A stretch of 64,000 bases of DNA from Eledone cirrhosa. Its lineage: Eukaryota. The stretch is from positions 38,316,001-38,380,000 of the forward strand of contig OZ024758.1 of NCBI GenBank assembly GCA_964016885.1, written 5' to 3'. The translations under genes and the position numbers were made by a program. How positions within the stretch are numbered: position 1 is the stretch's first letter; each line of letters opens with the position of its first letter. The notes beneath the pieces were generated by a model. That model worked only from the letters and a program-made list of their open reading frames with translations. It had not been told where the DNA came from and ran no database searches. Of the stretch, positions 1-13,700 are shown in pieces.

Positions 1-3000
1 GAACTCCACTGTTGGTGAGAATTCATTTAAGTTCATGGTATTAGCTGTCAGAAGTAACTCCACTGTTGGTGAGAATTCATTTAAGTTCATGGTACTAGCT
101 GTCAGAAGTAACTCCACTGTTGGTGAGAATTCATTTAAGTTCATGGTACTAGCTGTCAGAAGTAACTCCACTGTTGGTGAGAATTCAGTTAAGTCATGGT
201 ATTAGTTGTCAGAAGTAACTCCACTGTTGGTGAGAATTCATTTAAATCATGGTATTAGTTGTCAGAAGTAACTCCAATGTTGGTGAGAATTCATTTAATT
301 TCATGGTACTAGCTGTCAGAAGTAACTCCACTGTTGGTGAGAATTCATTTAAGTCATGGTATTAGTTGTCAGAAGTAACTCCAATGTTGGTGAGAATTCA
401 TTTAAGTTCATGGTACTAGCTGTCAGAAGTAACTCCACTGTTGGTGAGAATTCATTTAAGTTCATGGTATTAGCTGTCAGAAGTAACTCCACTGTTGGTG
501 AGAATTCATTTAAGTCATGGTATTAGTTGTCAGAAGTAACTCCAATGTTGGTGAGAATTCATTTAAGTTCATGGTACTAGCTGTCAGAAGTAACTCCACT
601 GTTGGTGAGAATTCATTTAAGTTCATGGTATTAGCTGTCAGAAGTAACTCCACTGTTGGTGAGAATTCATTTAAGTTCATGGTATTAGCTGTCAGAAGTA
701 ACTCCACTGTTGGTGAGAATTCATTTAAGTTCATGGTATTAGCTGTCAGAAGTAACTCCACTGTTGGTGAGAATTCATTTAAGTTCATGGTATTAGCTGT
801 CAGAAGGAACTCCAATGTTGGTGAGAATTCATTTAAGTCATGGTACTAGCTTTCAGAAGTAACTCCACTGTTGGTGAGAATTCATTTAAGTTCATGGTAT
901 TAGCTGTCAGAAGTAACTCCACTGTTGGTGAGAATTCATTTAAGTTCATGGTACTAGCTGTCAGAAGTAACTCCAATGTTGGTGAGAATTCATTTAAGTT
1001 CATGGTATTAGCTGTCAGAAGGAACTCCACTGTTGGTGAGAATTCATTTAAGTTCATGGTATTAGCTGTCAGAAGTAACTCCACTGTTGGTTAGAATTCA
1101 TTTAAGTTCATGGTACTAGTTGTCAGAAGTAACTCCACTGTTGGTGAGAATTCATTTAAGTTCATGTTACTAGCTGTCAGAAGTAACTCCACTGTTGGTG
1201 AGAATTCATTTAAGTTCATGGTATTAGTTTGTCAGAAGTAACTCCACTGTTGGTGAGAATTCATTTAAGTTCATGGTATTAGCTGTCAGAAGTAACTCCA
1301 CTGTTGGTGAGAATTCATTTAAGTTCATGGTACTAGCTGTCAGAAGTAACTCCAATGTTGGTGAGAATTCATTTAAGTTCATGGTATTAGCTGTCAGAAG
1401 TAACTCCACTGTTGGTGAGAATTCATTTAAGTCATGGTATTAGCTGTCAGAAGTAACTCCAATGTTGGTGAGAATTCATTTAAGTTCATGGTATTAGCTG
1501 TCAGAAGTAACTCCACTGTTGGTGAGAATTCATTTAAGTTCACGGTACTAGCTGTCAGAAGTAACTCCACTGTTGGTGAGAATTCATTTAAGTTCATGGT
1601 ATTAGTTTGTCAGAAGTAACTCCAATGTTGGTGAGAATTCATTTAAGTTCATGGTACTAGCTGTCAGAAGTAACTCCACTGTTGGTGAGAATTCATTTAA
1701 GTTCATGGTATTAGCTGTCAGAAGTAACTCCACTGTTGGTGAGAATTCATTTAAGTGATGGTATTAGCTGTCAGAAGTAACTCCAATGTTGGTGAGAATT
1801 CATTTAAGTCATGGTACTAGCTGTCAGAAGTAACTCCAATGTTGGTGAGAATTCAGTTAAGTTCATGGTATTAGCTGTCAGAAGGAACTCCACTGTTGGT
1901 GAGAATTCATTTAAGTTCATGGTATTAGCTGTCAGAAGTAACTCCACTGTTGGTGAGAATTCATTTAAGTTCATGGTACTAGCTGTCAGAAGTAACTCCA
2001 CTGTTGGTGAGAATTCATTTAAGTTCATGGTACTAGCTGTCAGAAGTAACTCCACTGTTGGTGAGAATTCATTTAAGTTCATGGTATTAGCTGTCAGAAG
2101 TAACTCCACTGTTGGTGAGAGTTCATTTAAGTCATGGTATTAGCTGTCAGAAGTAACTCCACTGTTGGTGAGAATTCATTTAAGTTCATGGTACTAGCTG
2201 TCAGAAGTAACTCCACTGTTGGTGAGAATTCATTTAAGTTCATGGTTCTAGCTGTCAGAAGTAACTCCACTGTTGGTGAGAATTCATTTAAGTTCATGGT
2301 ATTAGCTGTCAGAAGTAACTCCACTGTTGGTGAGAGTTCATTTAAGTCATGGTATTAGCTGTCAGAAGTAACTCCATTGTTGGTGAGAATTCATTTAAGT
2401 CATGGTACTAGCTGTCAGAAGTAACTCCACTGTTGGTGAGAATTCATTTAAGTTCATGGTATTAGCTGTCAGAAGGAACTCCACTGTTGGTGAGAATTCA
2501 TTTAAGTTCATGGTACTAGCTGTCAGAAGTAACTCCACTGTTGGTGAGAATTCATTTAAGTTCATGGTATTAGTTTGTCAGAAGTAACTCCACTGTTGGT
2601 GAGAATTCATTTAATTCATGGTATTAGTTGTCAGAAGTAACTCCAATGTTGGTGAGAATTCATTTAAGTCATGGTACTAGCTGTCAGAAGTAACTCCAAT
2701 GTTGGTGAGAATTCATTTAAGTTCATGGTATTAGCTGTCAGAAGGAACTCCACTGTTGGTGAGAATTCATTTAAGTTCATGGTATTAGCTGTCAGAAGTA
2801 ACTCCACTGTTGGTGAGAATTCATTTAAGTTCATGGTACTAGCTGTCAGAAGTAACTCCACTGTTGGTGAGAATTCATTTAAGTTCATGGTATTAGTTTG
2901 TCAGAAGTAACTCCACTGTTGGTGAGAATTCATTTAAGTCATGGTATTAGTTGTCAGAAGTTTACTCCAATGTTGGTGAGAATTCATTTAAGTTCATGGT

Positions 3001-6000
3001 ACTAGCTGTCAGAAGTAACTCCACTGTTGGTGAGAATTCATTTAAGTTCATGGTATTAGCTGTCAGAAGTAACTCCACTGTTGGTGAGAATTCATTTAAG
3101 TCATGGTATTAGCTGTCAGAAGTAACTCCAATGTTGGTGAGAATTCATTTAAGTCATGGTACTAGCTGTCAGAAGTAACTCCAATGTTGGTGAGAATTCA
3201 GTTAAGTTCATGGTATTAGCTGTCAGAAGGAACTCCACTGTTGGTGAGAATTCATTTAAGTTCATGGTATTAGCTGTCAGAAGTAACTCCAATGTTGGTG
3301 AGAATTCATTTAAGTTCATGGTATTAGCTGTCAGAAGTAACTCCACTGTTGGTGAGAATTCATTTAAGTTCACGGTACTAGCTGTGAGAAGTAACTCCAC
3401 TGTTGGTGAGAATTCATTTAAGTTCATGGTATTAGTTTGTCAGAAGTAACTCCACTGTTGGTGAGAATTCATTTAAGTCATGGTATTAGTTGTCAGAAGT
3501 TTACTCCAATGTTGGTGAGAATTCATTTAAGTTCATGGTACTATCTGTCAGATGTAACTCCACTGTTGGTGAGAATTCATTTAAGTTCATGGTATTAGCT
3601 GTCAGAAGTAACTCCACTGTTGGTGAGAATTCATTTAAGTCATGGTATTAGCTGTCAGAAGTAACTCCAATGTTGGTGAGAATTCATTTAAGTCATGGTA
3701 CTAGCTGTCAGAAGTAACTCCAATGTTGGTGAGAATTCATTTAAGTTCATGGTATTAGCTGTCAGAAGTAACTCCACTGTTGGTGAGAATTCATTTAAGT
3801 CATGGTATTAGCTGTCAGAAGTAACTCCAATGTTGGTGAGAATTCATTTAAGTTCATGGTATTAGCTGTCAGAAGTAACTCCACTGTTGGTGAGAATTCA
3901 TTTAAGTTCACGGTACTAGCTGTCAGAAGTAACTCCACTGTTGGTGAGAATTCATTTAAGTTCATGGTATTAGTTTGTCAGAAGTAACTCCACTGTTGGT
4001 GAGAATTCATTTAAGTCATGGTATTAGTTGTCAGAAGTTTACTCCAATGTTGGTGAGAATTCATTTAAGTTCATGGTACTAGCTGTCAGAAGTAACTCCA
4101 CTGTTGGTGAGAATTCATTTAAGTTCATGGTATTAGCTGTCAGAAGTAACTCCACTGTTGGTGAGAATTCATTTAAGTCATGGTATTAGCTGTCAGAAGT
4201 AACTCCAATGTTGGTGAGAATTCATTTAAGTCATGGTACTAGCTGTCAGAAGTAACTCCAATGTTGGTGAGAATTCATTTAAGTTCTTGGTATTAGCTGT
4301 CAGAAGGAACTCCACTGTTGGTGAGAATTCATTTAAGTTCATGGTATTAGCTGTCAGAAGTAACTCCACTGTTGGTGAGAATTCATTTAAGTCATGGTAT
4401 TAGCTGTCAGAAGTAACTCCAATGTTGGTGAGAATTCATTTAAGTCATGGTACTAGCTGTCAGAAGTAACTCCAATGTTGGTGAGAATTCATTTAAGTTC
4501 ATGGTATTAGCTGTCAGAAGTAACTCCACTGTTGGTGAGAATTCATTTAAGTCATGGTATTAGCTGTCAGAAGTAACTCCAATGTTGGTGAGAATTCATT
4601 TAAGTTCATGGTATTAGCTGTCAGAAGTAACTCCACTGTTGGTGAGAATTCATTTAAGTTCACGGTACTAGCTGTCAGAAGTAACTCCACTGTTGGTGAG
4701 AATTCATTTAAGTTCATGGTATTAGTTTGTCAGAAGTAACTCCACTGTTGGTGAGAATTCATTTAAGTCATGGTATTAGTTGTCAGAAGTTTACTCCAAT
4801 GTTGGTGAGAATTCATTTAAGTTCATGGTACTAGCTGTCAGAAGTAACTCCACTGTTGGTGAGAATTCATTTAAGTTCATGGTATTAGCTGTCAGAAGTA
4901 ACTCCACTGTTGGTGAGAATTCATTTAAGTCATGGTATTAGCTGTCAGAAGTAACTCCAATGTTGGTGAGAATTCATTTAAGTCATGGTACTAGCTGTCA
5001 GAAGTAACTCCAATGTTGGTGAGAATTCAGTTAAGTTCATGGTATTAGCTGTCAGAAGGAACTCCACTGTTGGTGAGAATTCATTTAAGTTCATGGTATT
5101 AGCTGTCAGAAGTAACTCCACTGTTGGTGAGAATTCATTTAAGTTCATGGTACTAGCTGTCAGAAGTAACTCCACTGTTGGTGAGAATTCATTTAAGTTC
5201 ATGGTACTAGCTGTCAGAAGTAACTCCACTGTTGGTGAGAATTCAGTTAAGTTCATGGTATTAGTTGTCAGAAGTAACTCCACTGTTGGTGAGAATTCAT
5301 GTAAATCATGGTATTAGTTGTCAGAAGTAACTCCAATGTTGGTGAGAATTTATTTAATTTCATGGTACTAGCTGTCAGAAGTAACTCCACTGTTGGTGAG
5401 AAATCATTTAAGTCATGGTATTAGTTGTCAGAAGTAACTCCAATGTTGGTGAGAATTCATTTAAGTTCATGGTACTAGCTGTCAGAAGTAACTCCACTGT
5501 TGGTGAGAATTCATTTAAGTTCATGGTATTAGTTGTCAGAAGTAACTCCACTGTTGGTGAGAATTCATGTAAATCATGGTATTAGTTGTCAGAAGTAACT
5601 CCAATGTTGGTGAGAATTTATTTAATTTCATGGTACTAGCTGTCAGAAGTAACTCCACTGTTGGTGAGAATTCATTTAAGTCATGGTATTAGTTGTCAGA
5701 AGTAACTCCACTGTTGGTGAGAATTCATGTAAATCATGGTATTAGTTGTCAGAAGTAACTCCAATGTTGGTGAGAATTTATTTAATTTCATGGTACTAGC
5801 TGTCAGAAGTAACTCCACTGTTGGTGAGAAATCATTTAAGTCATGGTATTAGTTGTCAGAAGTAACTCCAATGTTGGTGAGAATTCATTTAAGTTCATGG
5901 TACTAGCTGTCAGAAGTAACTCCACTGTTGGTGAGAATTCATTTAAGTCATGGTATTAGTTGTCAGAAGTTTACTCCAATGTTGGTGAGAATTCATTTAA

Positions 6001-9000
6001 GTTCATGGTACTAGCTGTCAGAAGTAACTCCACTGTTGGTGAGAATTCATTTAAGTTCATGGTATTAGCTGTCAGAAGTAACTCCACTGTTGGTGAGAAT
6101 TCATTTAAGTCATGGTATTAGCTGTCAGAAGTAACTCCAATGTTGGTGAGAATTCATTTAAGTCATGGTACTAGCTGTCAGAAGTAACTGCAATGTTGGT
6201 GAGAATTCAGTTAAGTTCATGGTATTAGCTGTCAGAAGGAACTCCACTGTTGGTGAGAATTCATTTAAGTTCATGGTATTAGCTGTCAGAAGTAACTCCA
6301 CTGTTGGTGAGAATTCATTTAAGTTCATGGTACTAGCTGTCAGAAGTAACTCCACTGTTGGTGAGAATTCATTTAAGTTCATGGTACTAGCTGTCAGAAG
6401 TAACTCCACTGTTGGTGAGAATTCAGTTAAGTTCATGGTATTAGTTGTCAGAAGTAACTCCACTGTTGGTGAGAATTCATGTAAATCATGGTATTAGTTG
6501 TCAGAAGTAACTCCAATGTTGGTGAGAATTCATTTAAGTTCATGGTACTAGCTGTCAGAAGTAACTCCACTGTTGGTGAGAATTCATTTAAGTTCATGGT
6601 ATTAGCTGTCAGAAGTAACTCCACTGTTGGTGAGAATTCATTTAAGTCATGGTATTAGCAGTCAGAAGTAACTCCAATGTTGGTGAGAATTCATTTAAGT
6701 CATGGTACTAGCTGTCAGAAGTAACTCCAATGTTGGTGAGAATTCATTTAAGTTCATGGTATTAGCTGTCAGAAGGAACTCCACTGTTGGTGAGAATTCA
6801 TTTAAGTTCATGGTATTAGCTGTCAGAAGTAACTCCACTGTTGGTGAGAATTCATTTAAGTCATGGTATTAGCTGTCAGAAGTAACTCCAATGTTGGTGA
6901 GAATTCATTTAAGTCATGGTACTAGCTGTCAGAAGTAACTCCAATGTTGGTGAGAATTCATTTAAGTTCATGGTATTAGCTGTCAGAAGTAACTCCACTG
7001 TTGGTGAGAATTCATTTAAGTCATGGTATTAGCTGTCAGAAGTAACTCCAATGTTGGTGAGAATTCATTTAAGTTCATGGTATTAGCTGTCAGAAGTAAC
7101 TCCACTGTTGGTGAGAATTCATTTAAGTTCACGGTACTAGCTGTCAGAAGTAACTCCACTGTTGGTGAGAATTCATTTAAGTTCATGGTATTAGTTTGTC
7201 AGAAGTAACTCCACTGTTGGTGAGAATTCATTTAAGTCATGGTATTAGTTGTCAGAAGTTTACTCCAATGTTGGTGAGAATTCATTTAAGTTCATGGTAC
7301 TAGCTGTCAGAAGTAACTCCACTGTTGGTGAGAATTCATTTAAGTTCATGGTATTAGCTGTCAGAAGTAACTCCACTGTTGGTGAGAATTCATTTAAGTC
7401 ATGGTATTAGCTGTCAGAAGTAACTCCAATGTTGGTGAGAATTCATTTAAGTCATGGTACTAGCTGTCAGAAGTAACTCCAATGTTGGTGAGAATTCAGT
7501 TAAGTTCATGGTATTAGCTGTCAGAAGGAACTCCACTGTTGGTGAGAATTCATTTAAGTTCATGGTATTAGCTGTCAGAAGTAACTCCACTGTTGGTGAG
7601 AATTCATTTAAGTCATGGTATTAGCTGTCAGAAGTAACTCCACTGTTGGTGAGAATTCATTTAAGTTCATGGTATTAGCTGTCAGAAGTAACTCCACTGT
7701 TGGTGAGAATTGATTTAAGTTCATGGTACTAGCTGTCAGAAGTAACTCCACTGTTGGTGAGAATTCATTTAAGTTCATGGTACTAGCTGTCAGAAGTAAC
7801 TCCACTGTTGGTGAGAATTCATTTAAGTTCATGGTATTAGCTGTCAGAAGTAACTCCACTGTTGGTGAGAATTCATTTAAGTTCATGGTATTAGCTGTCA
7901 GAAGTAACTCCACTGTTGGTGAGAATTCATTTAAGTCATGGTATTAGTTGTCAGAAGTAACTCCAATGTTGGTGAGAATTCATTTAAGTTCATGGTATTA
8001 GTTGTCAGAAGTAACTCCACTGTTGGTGAGAATTCATTTAAGTCATGGTATTAGTTGTCAGAAGTAACTCCAATGTTGGTGAGAATTCATTTAAGTTCAT
8101 GGTATTAGCTGTCAGAAGTAACTCCACTGTTGGTGAGAATTCATTTAAGTCATGGTATTAGTTGTCAGAAGTAACTCCAATGTTGGTGAGAATTCATTTA
8201 AGTTCATGGTACTAGCTGTCAGAAGTAACTCCACTGTTGGTGAGAATTCATTTAAGTTCATGGTATTAGCTGTCAGAAGTAACTCCAATGTTGGTGAGAA
8301 TTCATTTAAGTCATGGTACTAGCTGTCAGAAGTAACTCCAATGTTGGTGAGAATTCATTTAAGTTCATGGTATTAGCTGTCAGAAGTAACTCCACTGTTG
8401 GTGAGAATTCATTTAAGTCATGGTATTAGCTGTCAGAAGTAACTCCAATGTTGGTGAGAATTCATTTAAGTTCATGGTATTAGCTGTCAGAAGTAACTCC
8501 ACTGTTGGTGAGAATTCATTTAAGTTCACGGTACTAGCTGTCAGAAGTAACTCCACTGTTGGTGAGAATTCATTTAAGTTCATGGTATTAGTTTGTCAGA
8601 AGTAACTCCACTGTTGGTGAGAATTCATTTAAGTCATGGCATTAGTTGTCAGAAGTTTACTCCAATGTTGGTGAGAATTCATTTAAGTTCATGGTACTAG
8701 CTGTCAGAAGTAACTCCACTGTTGGTGAGAATTCATTTAAGTTCATGGTATTAGCTGTCAGAAGTAACTCCACTGTTGGTGAGAATTCATTTAAGTCATG
8801 GTATTAGCTGTCAGAAGTAACTCCAATGTTGGTGAGAATTCATTTAAGTCATGGTATTAGCTGTCAGAAGTAACTCCAATGTTGGTGAGAATTCATTTAA
8901 GTCATGGTACTAGCTGTCAGAAGTAACTCCAATGTTGGTGAGAATTCAGTTAAGTTCATGGTATTAGCTGTCAGAAGGAACTCCACTGTTGGTGAGAATT

Positions 9001-10779
9001 CATTTAAGTTCATGGTATTAGCTGTCAGAAGTAACTCCACTGTTGGTGAGAATTCATTTAAGTCATGGTATTAGCTGTCAGAAGTAACTCCACTGTTGGT
9101 GAGAATTCATTTAAGTTCATGGTACTAGCCGTCAGAAGTAACTCCACTGTTGGTGAGAAATCATTTAAGTCATGGTATTAGTTGTCAGAAGTAACTCCAA
9201 TGTTGGTGAGAATTCATTTAAGTTCATGGTACTAGCTGTCAGAAGTAACTCCACTGTTGGTGAGAAATCATTTAAGTCATGGTATTAGTTGTCAGAAGTA
9301 ACTCCAATGTTGGTGAGAATTCATTTAAGTTCATGGTACTAGCTGTCAGAAGTAACTCCACTGTTGGTGAGAATTCATTTAAGTTCATGGTATTAGCTGT
9401 CAGAAGTAACTCCACTGTTGGTGAGAATTCATTTAAGTCATGGTATTAGTTGTCAGAAGTAACTCCAATGTTGGTGAGAATTCATTTAAGTTCATGGTAC
9501 TAGCTGTCAGAAGTAACTCCACTGTTGGTGAGAATTCATTTAAGTTCATGGTATTAGCTGTCAGAAGTAACTCCACTGTTGGTGAGAATTCATTTAAGTC
9601 ATGGTATTAGCTGTCAGAAGTAACTCCAATGTTGGTGAGAATTCATTTAAGTCTTGGTACTAGCTGTCAGAAGTAACTCCAATGTTGGTGAGAATTCAGT
9701 TAAGTTCATGGTATTAGCTGTCAGAAGGAACTCCACTGTTGGTGAGAATTCATTTAAGTTCATGGTATTAGCTGTCAGAAGTAACTCCACTGTTGGTGAG
9801 AATTCATTTAAGTTCATGGTACTAGCTGTCAGAAGTAACTCCACTGTTGGTGAGAATTCATTTAAGTTCATGGTACTAGCCGTCAGAAGTAACTCCACTG
9901 TTGGTGAGAATTCAGTTAAGTTCATGGTATTAGTTGTCAGAAGTAACTCCACTGTTGGTGAGAATTCATTTAAGTTCATGGTACTAGCTGTCAGAAGTAA
10001 CTCCACTGTTGGTGAGAATTCATTTAAGTTCATGGTATTAGCTGTCAGAAGTAACTCCACTGTTGGTGAGAATTCATTTAAGTCATGATATTAGTTGTCA
10101 GAAGTAACTCCAATGTTGGTGAGAATTCATTTAAGTTCATGGTACTAGCTGTCAGAAGTAACTCCACTGTTGGTGAGAATTCATTTAAGTTCATGGTATT
10201 AGCTGTCAGAAGTAACTCCACTGTTGGTGAGAATTCATTTAAGTCATGGTATTAGCTGTCAGAAGTAACTCCAATGTAGGTGAGAATTCATTTAAGTCTT
10301 GGTACTAGCTGTCAGAAGTAACTCCAATGTTGGTGAGAATTCAGTTAAGTTCATGGTATTAGCTGTCAGAAGGAACTCCACTGTTGGTGAGAATTCATTT
10401 AAGTTCATGGTATTAGCTGTCAGAAGTAACTCCACTGTTGGTGAGAATTCATTTAAGTTCATGGTACTAGCTGTCAGAAGTAACTCCACTGTTGGTGAGA
10501 ATTCATTTAAGTTCATGGTATTAGCTGTCAGAAGGAACTCCACTGTTGGTGAGAATTCATTTAAGTTCATGGTATTAGCTGTCAGAAGTAACTCCACTGT
10601 TGGTGAGAATTCATTTAAGTTCATGGTATTAGCTGTCAGAAGTAACTCCACTGTTGGTGAGAATTCATTTAAGTTCATGGTATTAGCTGTCAGAAGTAAC
10701 TCCACTGTTGGTGAGAATTCAGTTAAGTTCATGGTATTAGTTGTCAGAAGTAACTCCACTGTTGGTGAGAATTCATTTA

Positions 10780-13700
10780 AATCATGGTATTAGTTGTCAG
10801 AAGTAACTCCAATGTTGGTGAGAATTCATTTAAGTTCATGGTACTAGCTGTCAGAAGTAACTCCACTGTTGGTGAGAATTCATTTAAGTTCATGGTATTA
10901 GCTGTCAGAAGGAACTCCACTGTTGGTAAGAATTCATTTAAGTTAATGGTATTAGCTGTCAGAAGTAACTCCACTGTTGGTGAGAATTCATTTAAGTTCA
11001 TGGTACTAGCTGTCAGAAGTAACTCCACTGTTGGTGAGAATTCATTTAAGTTCATGGTACTAGCTGTCAGAAGTAACTCCACTGTTGGTGAGAATTCATT
11101 TAAGTTCATGGTACTAGCTGTCAGAAGTAACCCCAATGTTGGTGAGAATTCATTTAAGTTCATGGTATTAGCTGTCAGAAGTCACTCCAATGTTGGTGAG
11201 AATTCATTTAAGTTCATGGTATTAGCTGTGAGAAGTCACTCCACTGTTGGTGAGAATTCATTTAAGTTCATGGTATTAGCTGTCAGAAGTACCTCCACTG
11301 TTGGTGAGAATTCATTTAAGTTCATGGTATTAGCTGTCAGAAGTAACTCCACTGTTGGTGAGAATTCATTTAAGTTCATGGTATTAGCTGTCAGAAGTAA
11401 CTCCACTGTTGGTGAGAATTCATTTAAGTTCATGGTACTAGCTGTCAGAAGTAACTCCACTGTTGGTGAGAATTCATTTAAGTTCATGGTACTAGCTGTC
11501 AGAAGTAACTCCACTGTTGGTGAGAATTCATTTAAGTTCATGGTACTGGCTGTCAGAAGTAACCCCAATGTTGGTGAGAATTCATTTAAGTTCATGGTAT
11601 TAGCTGTCAGAAGTCACTCCAATGTTGGTGAGAATTCATTTAAGTTCATGGTATTAGCTGTGAGAAGTCACTCCACTGTTGGTGAGAATTCATTTAAGTT
11701 CATCGTATTAGCTGTCAGAAGTACCTCCACTGTTGGTGAGAATTCATTTAAGTTCATGGTATTAGCTGTCAGAAGTAACTCCACTGTTGGTGAGAATTCA
11801 TTTAAGTTCATGGTATTAGCTGTCAGAAGGAACTCCAATGTTGGTGAGAATTCATTTAAGTCATGGTACTAGCTGTCAGAAGTAAATCCACTGTTGGTGA
11901 GAATTCATTTAAGTTCATGGTATTAGCTGTCAGAAGTAACTCCACTGTTGGTGAGAATTCATTTAAGTTCATGGTACTAGCTGTCAGAAGTAACTCCAAT
12001 GTTGGTGAGAATTCATTTAAGTTCATGGTATTAGCTGTCAGAAGGAACTCCACTGTTGGTGAGAATTCATTTAAGTTCATGGTATTAGCTGTCAGAAGTA
12101 ACTCCACTGTTGGTGAGAATTCATTTAAGTTCATGGTACTAGTTGTCAGAAGTAACTCCACTGTTGGTGAGAATTCATTTAAGTTCATGTTACTAGCTGT
12201 CAGAAGTAACTCCACTGTTGGTGAGAATTCATTTAAGTTCATGGTATTAGTTTGTCAGAAGTAACTCCACTGTTGGTGAGAATTCATTTAAGTTCATGGT
12301 ACTAGCTGTCAGAAGTAACTCCAATGTTGGTGAGAATTCATTTAAGTTCATGGTATTAGCTGTCAGAAGTAACTCCACTGTTGGTGAGAATTCATTTAAG
12401 TTCATGGTACTAGCTGTCAGAAGTAACTCCAATGTTGGTGAGAATTCATTTAAGTTCATGGTATTAGCTGTCAAAAGTAACTCCACTGTTGGTGAGAATT
12501 CATTTAAGTCATGGTATTAGCTGTCAGAAGTAACTCCAATGTTGGTGAGAATTCATTTAAGTTCATGGTATTAGCTGTCAGAAGTAACTCCACTGTTGGT
12601 GAGAATTCATTTAAGTTCACGGTACTAGCTGTCAGAAGTAACTCCACTGTTGGTGAGAATTCATTTAAGTTCATGGTATTAGTTTGTCAGAAGTAACTCC
12701 ACTGTTGGTGAGAATTCATTTAAGTCGTGGTATTAGTTGTCAGAAGTTTACTCCAATGTTGGTGAGAATTCATTTAAGTTCATGGTACTAGCTGTCAGAA
12801 GTAACTCCACTGTTGGTGAGAATTCATTTAAGTTCATGGTATTAGCTGTCAGAAGTAACTCCACTGTTGGTGAGAATTGATTTAAGTTCATGGTACTAGC
12901 TGTCAGAAGTAACTCCACTGTTGGTGAGAATTCATTTAAGTTCATGGTATTAGCTGTCAGAAGTAACTCCACTGTTGGTGAGAATTGATTTAAGTTCATG
13001 GTACTAGCTGTCAGAAGTAACTCCACTGTTGGTGAGAATTCAGTTAAGTTCATGGTACTAGCCGTCAGAAGTAACTCCACTGTTGGTGAGAATTCAGTTA
13101 AGTTCATGGTATTAGTTGTCAGAAGTAACTCCACTGTTGGTGAGAATTCATTTAAGTTCATGGTACTAGCTGTCAGAAGTAACTCCACTGTTGGTGAGAA
13201 TTCATTTAAGTTCATGGTATTAGCTGTCAGAAGTAACTCCACTGTTGGTGAGAATTCATTTAAGTCATGGTATTAGTTGTCAGAAGTAACTCCAATGTTG
13301 GTGAGAATTCATTTAAGATCATGGTACTAGCTGTCAGAAGTAACTCCACTGTTGGTGAGAATTCATTTAAGTTCATGGTATTAGCTGTCAGAAGTAACTC
13401 CACTGTTGGTGAGAATTCATTTAAGTCATGGTATTAGCTGTCAGAAGTAACTCCAATGTTGGTGAGAATTCATTTAAGTCTTGGTACTAGCTGTCAGAAG
13501 TAACTCCAATGTTGGTGAGAATTCAGTTAAGTTCATGGTATTAGCTGTCAGAAGGAACTCCACTGTTGGTGAGAATTCATTTAAGTTCATGGTATTAGCT
13601 GTCAGAAGTAACTCCACTGTTGGTGAGAATTCATTTAAGTTCATGGTACTAGCTGTCAGAAGTAACTCCACTGTTGGTGAGAATTCATTTAAGTTCATGG

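Noticed and set aside
15-68. Intron/micro-exon-like layout in each monomer: GTGAG...TACTAGC-TGTCAG (37 nt, containing all observed indels) plus 17-nt AAGTAACTCCACTGTTG
   Set aside because: The motifs are short and expected by chance, the branch-point match is imperfect, and there is no polypyrimidine tract. Concatenated 17-nt 'exons' cycle through frames and hit TAA. Only spliced RNA-seq reads would revive this idea.
270-292. Dyad/hairpin CTCCAA-TG-TTGGTGAG and short palindromes (GAATTC, CATG, GTAC, CTAG, AGCT)
   Set aside because: The stem is 4-6 bp with a 2-nt loop and a bulge, and is best formed only in the CCAAT variant. This is too weak to claim a cruciform, terminator or structured RNA.
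10784-11872. Long repeat-protein ORFs on + (MVLAVRSNSTVGENSFKF)n, up to 362 aa (also 14018-15052, 18705-19685, 25218-26144)
   Set aside because: 54 is divisible by 3, so any stop-free frame of the monomer runs until the next 53/55-bp unit. Frameshifting monomers are frequent and amplified, there are no unique N- or C-terminal domains, and the peptide resembles no family I recognise.
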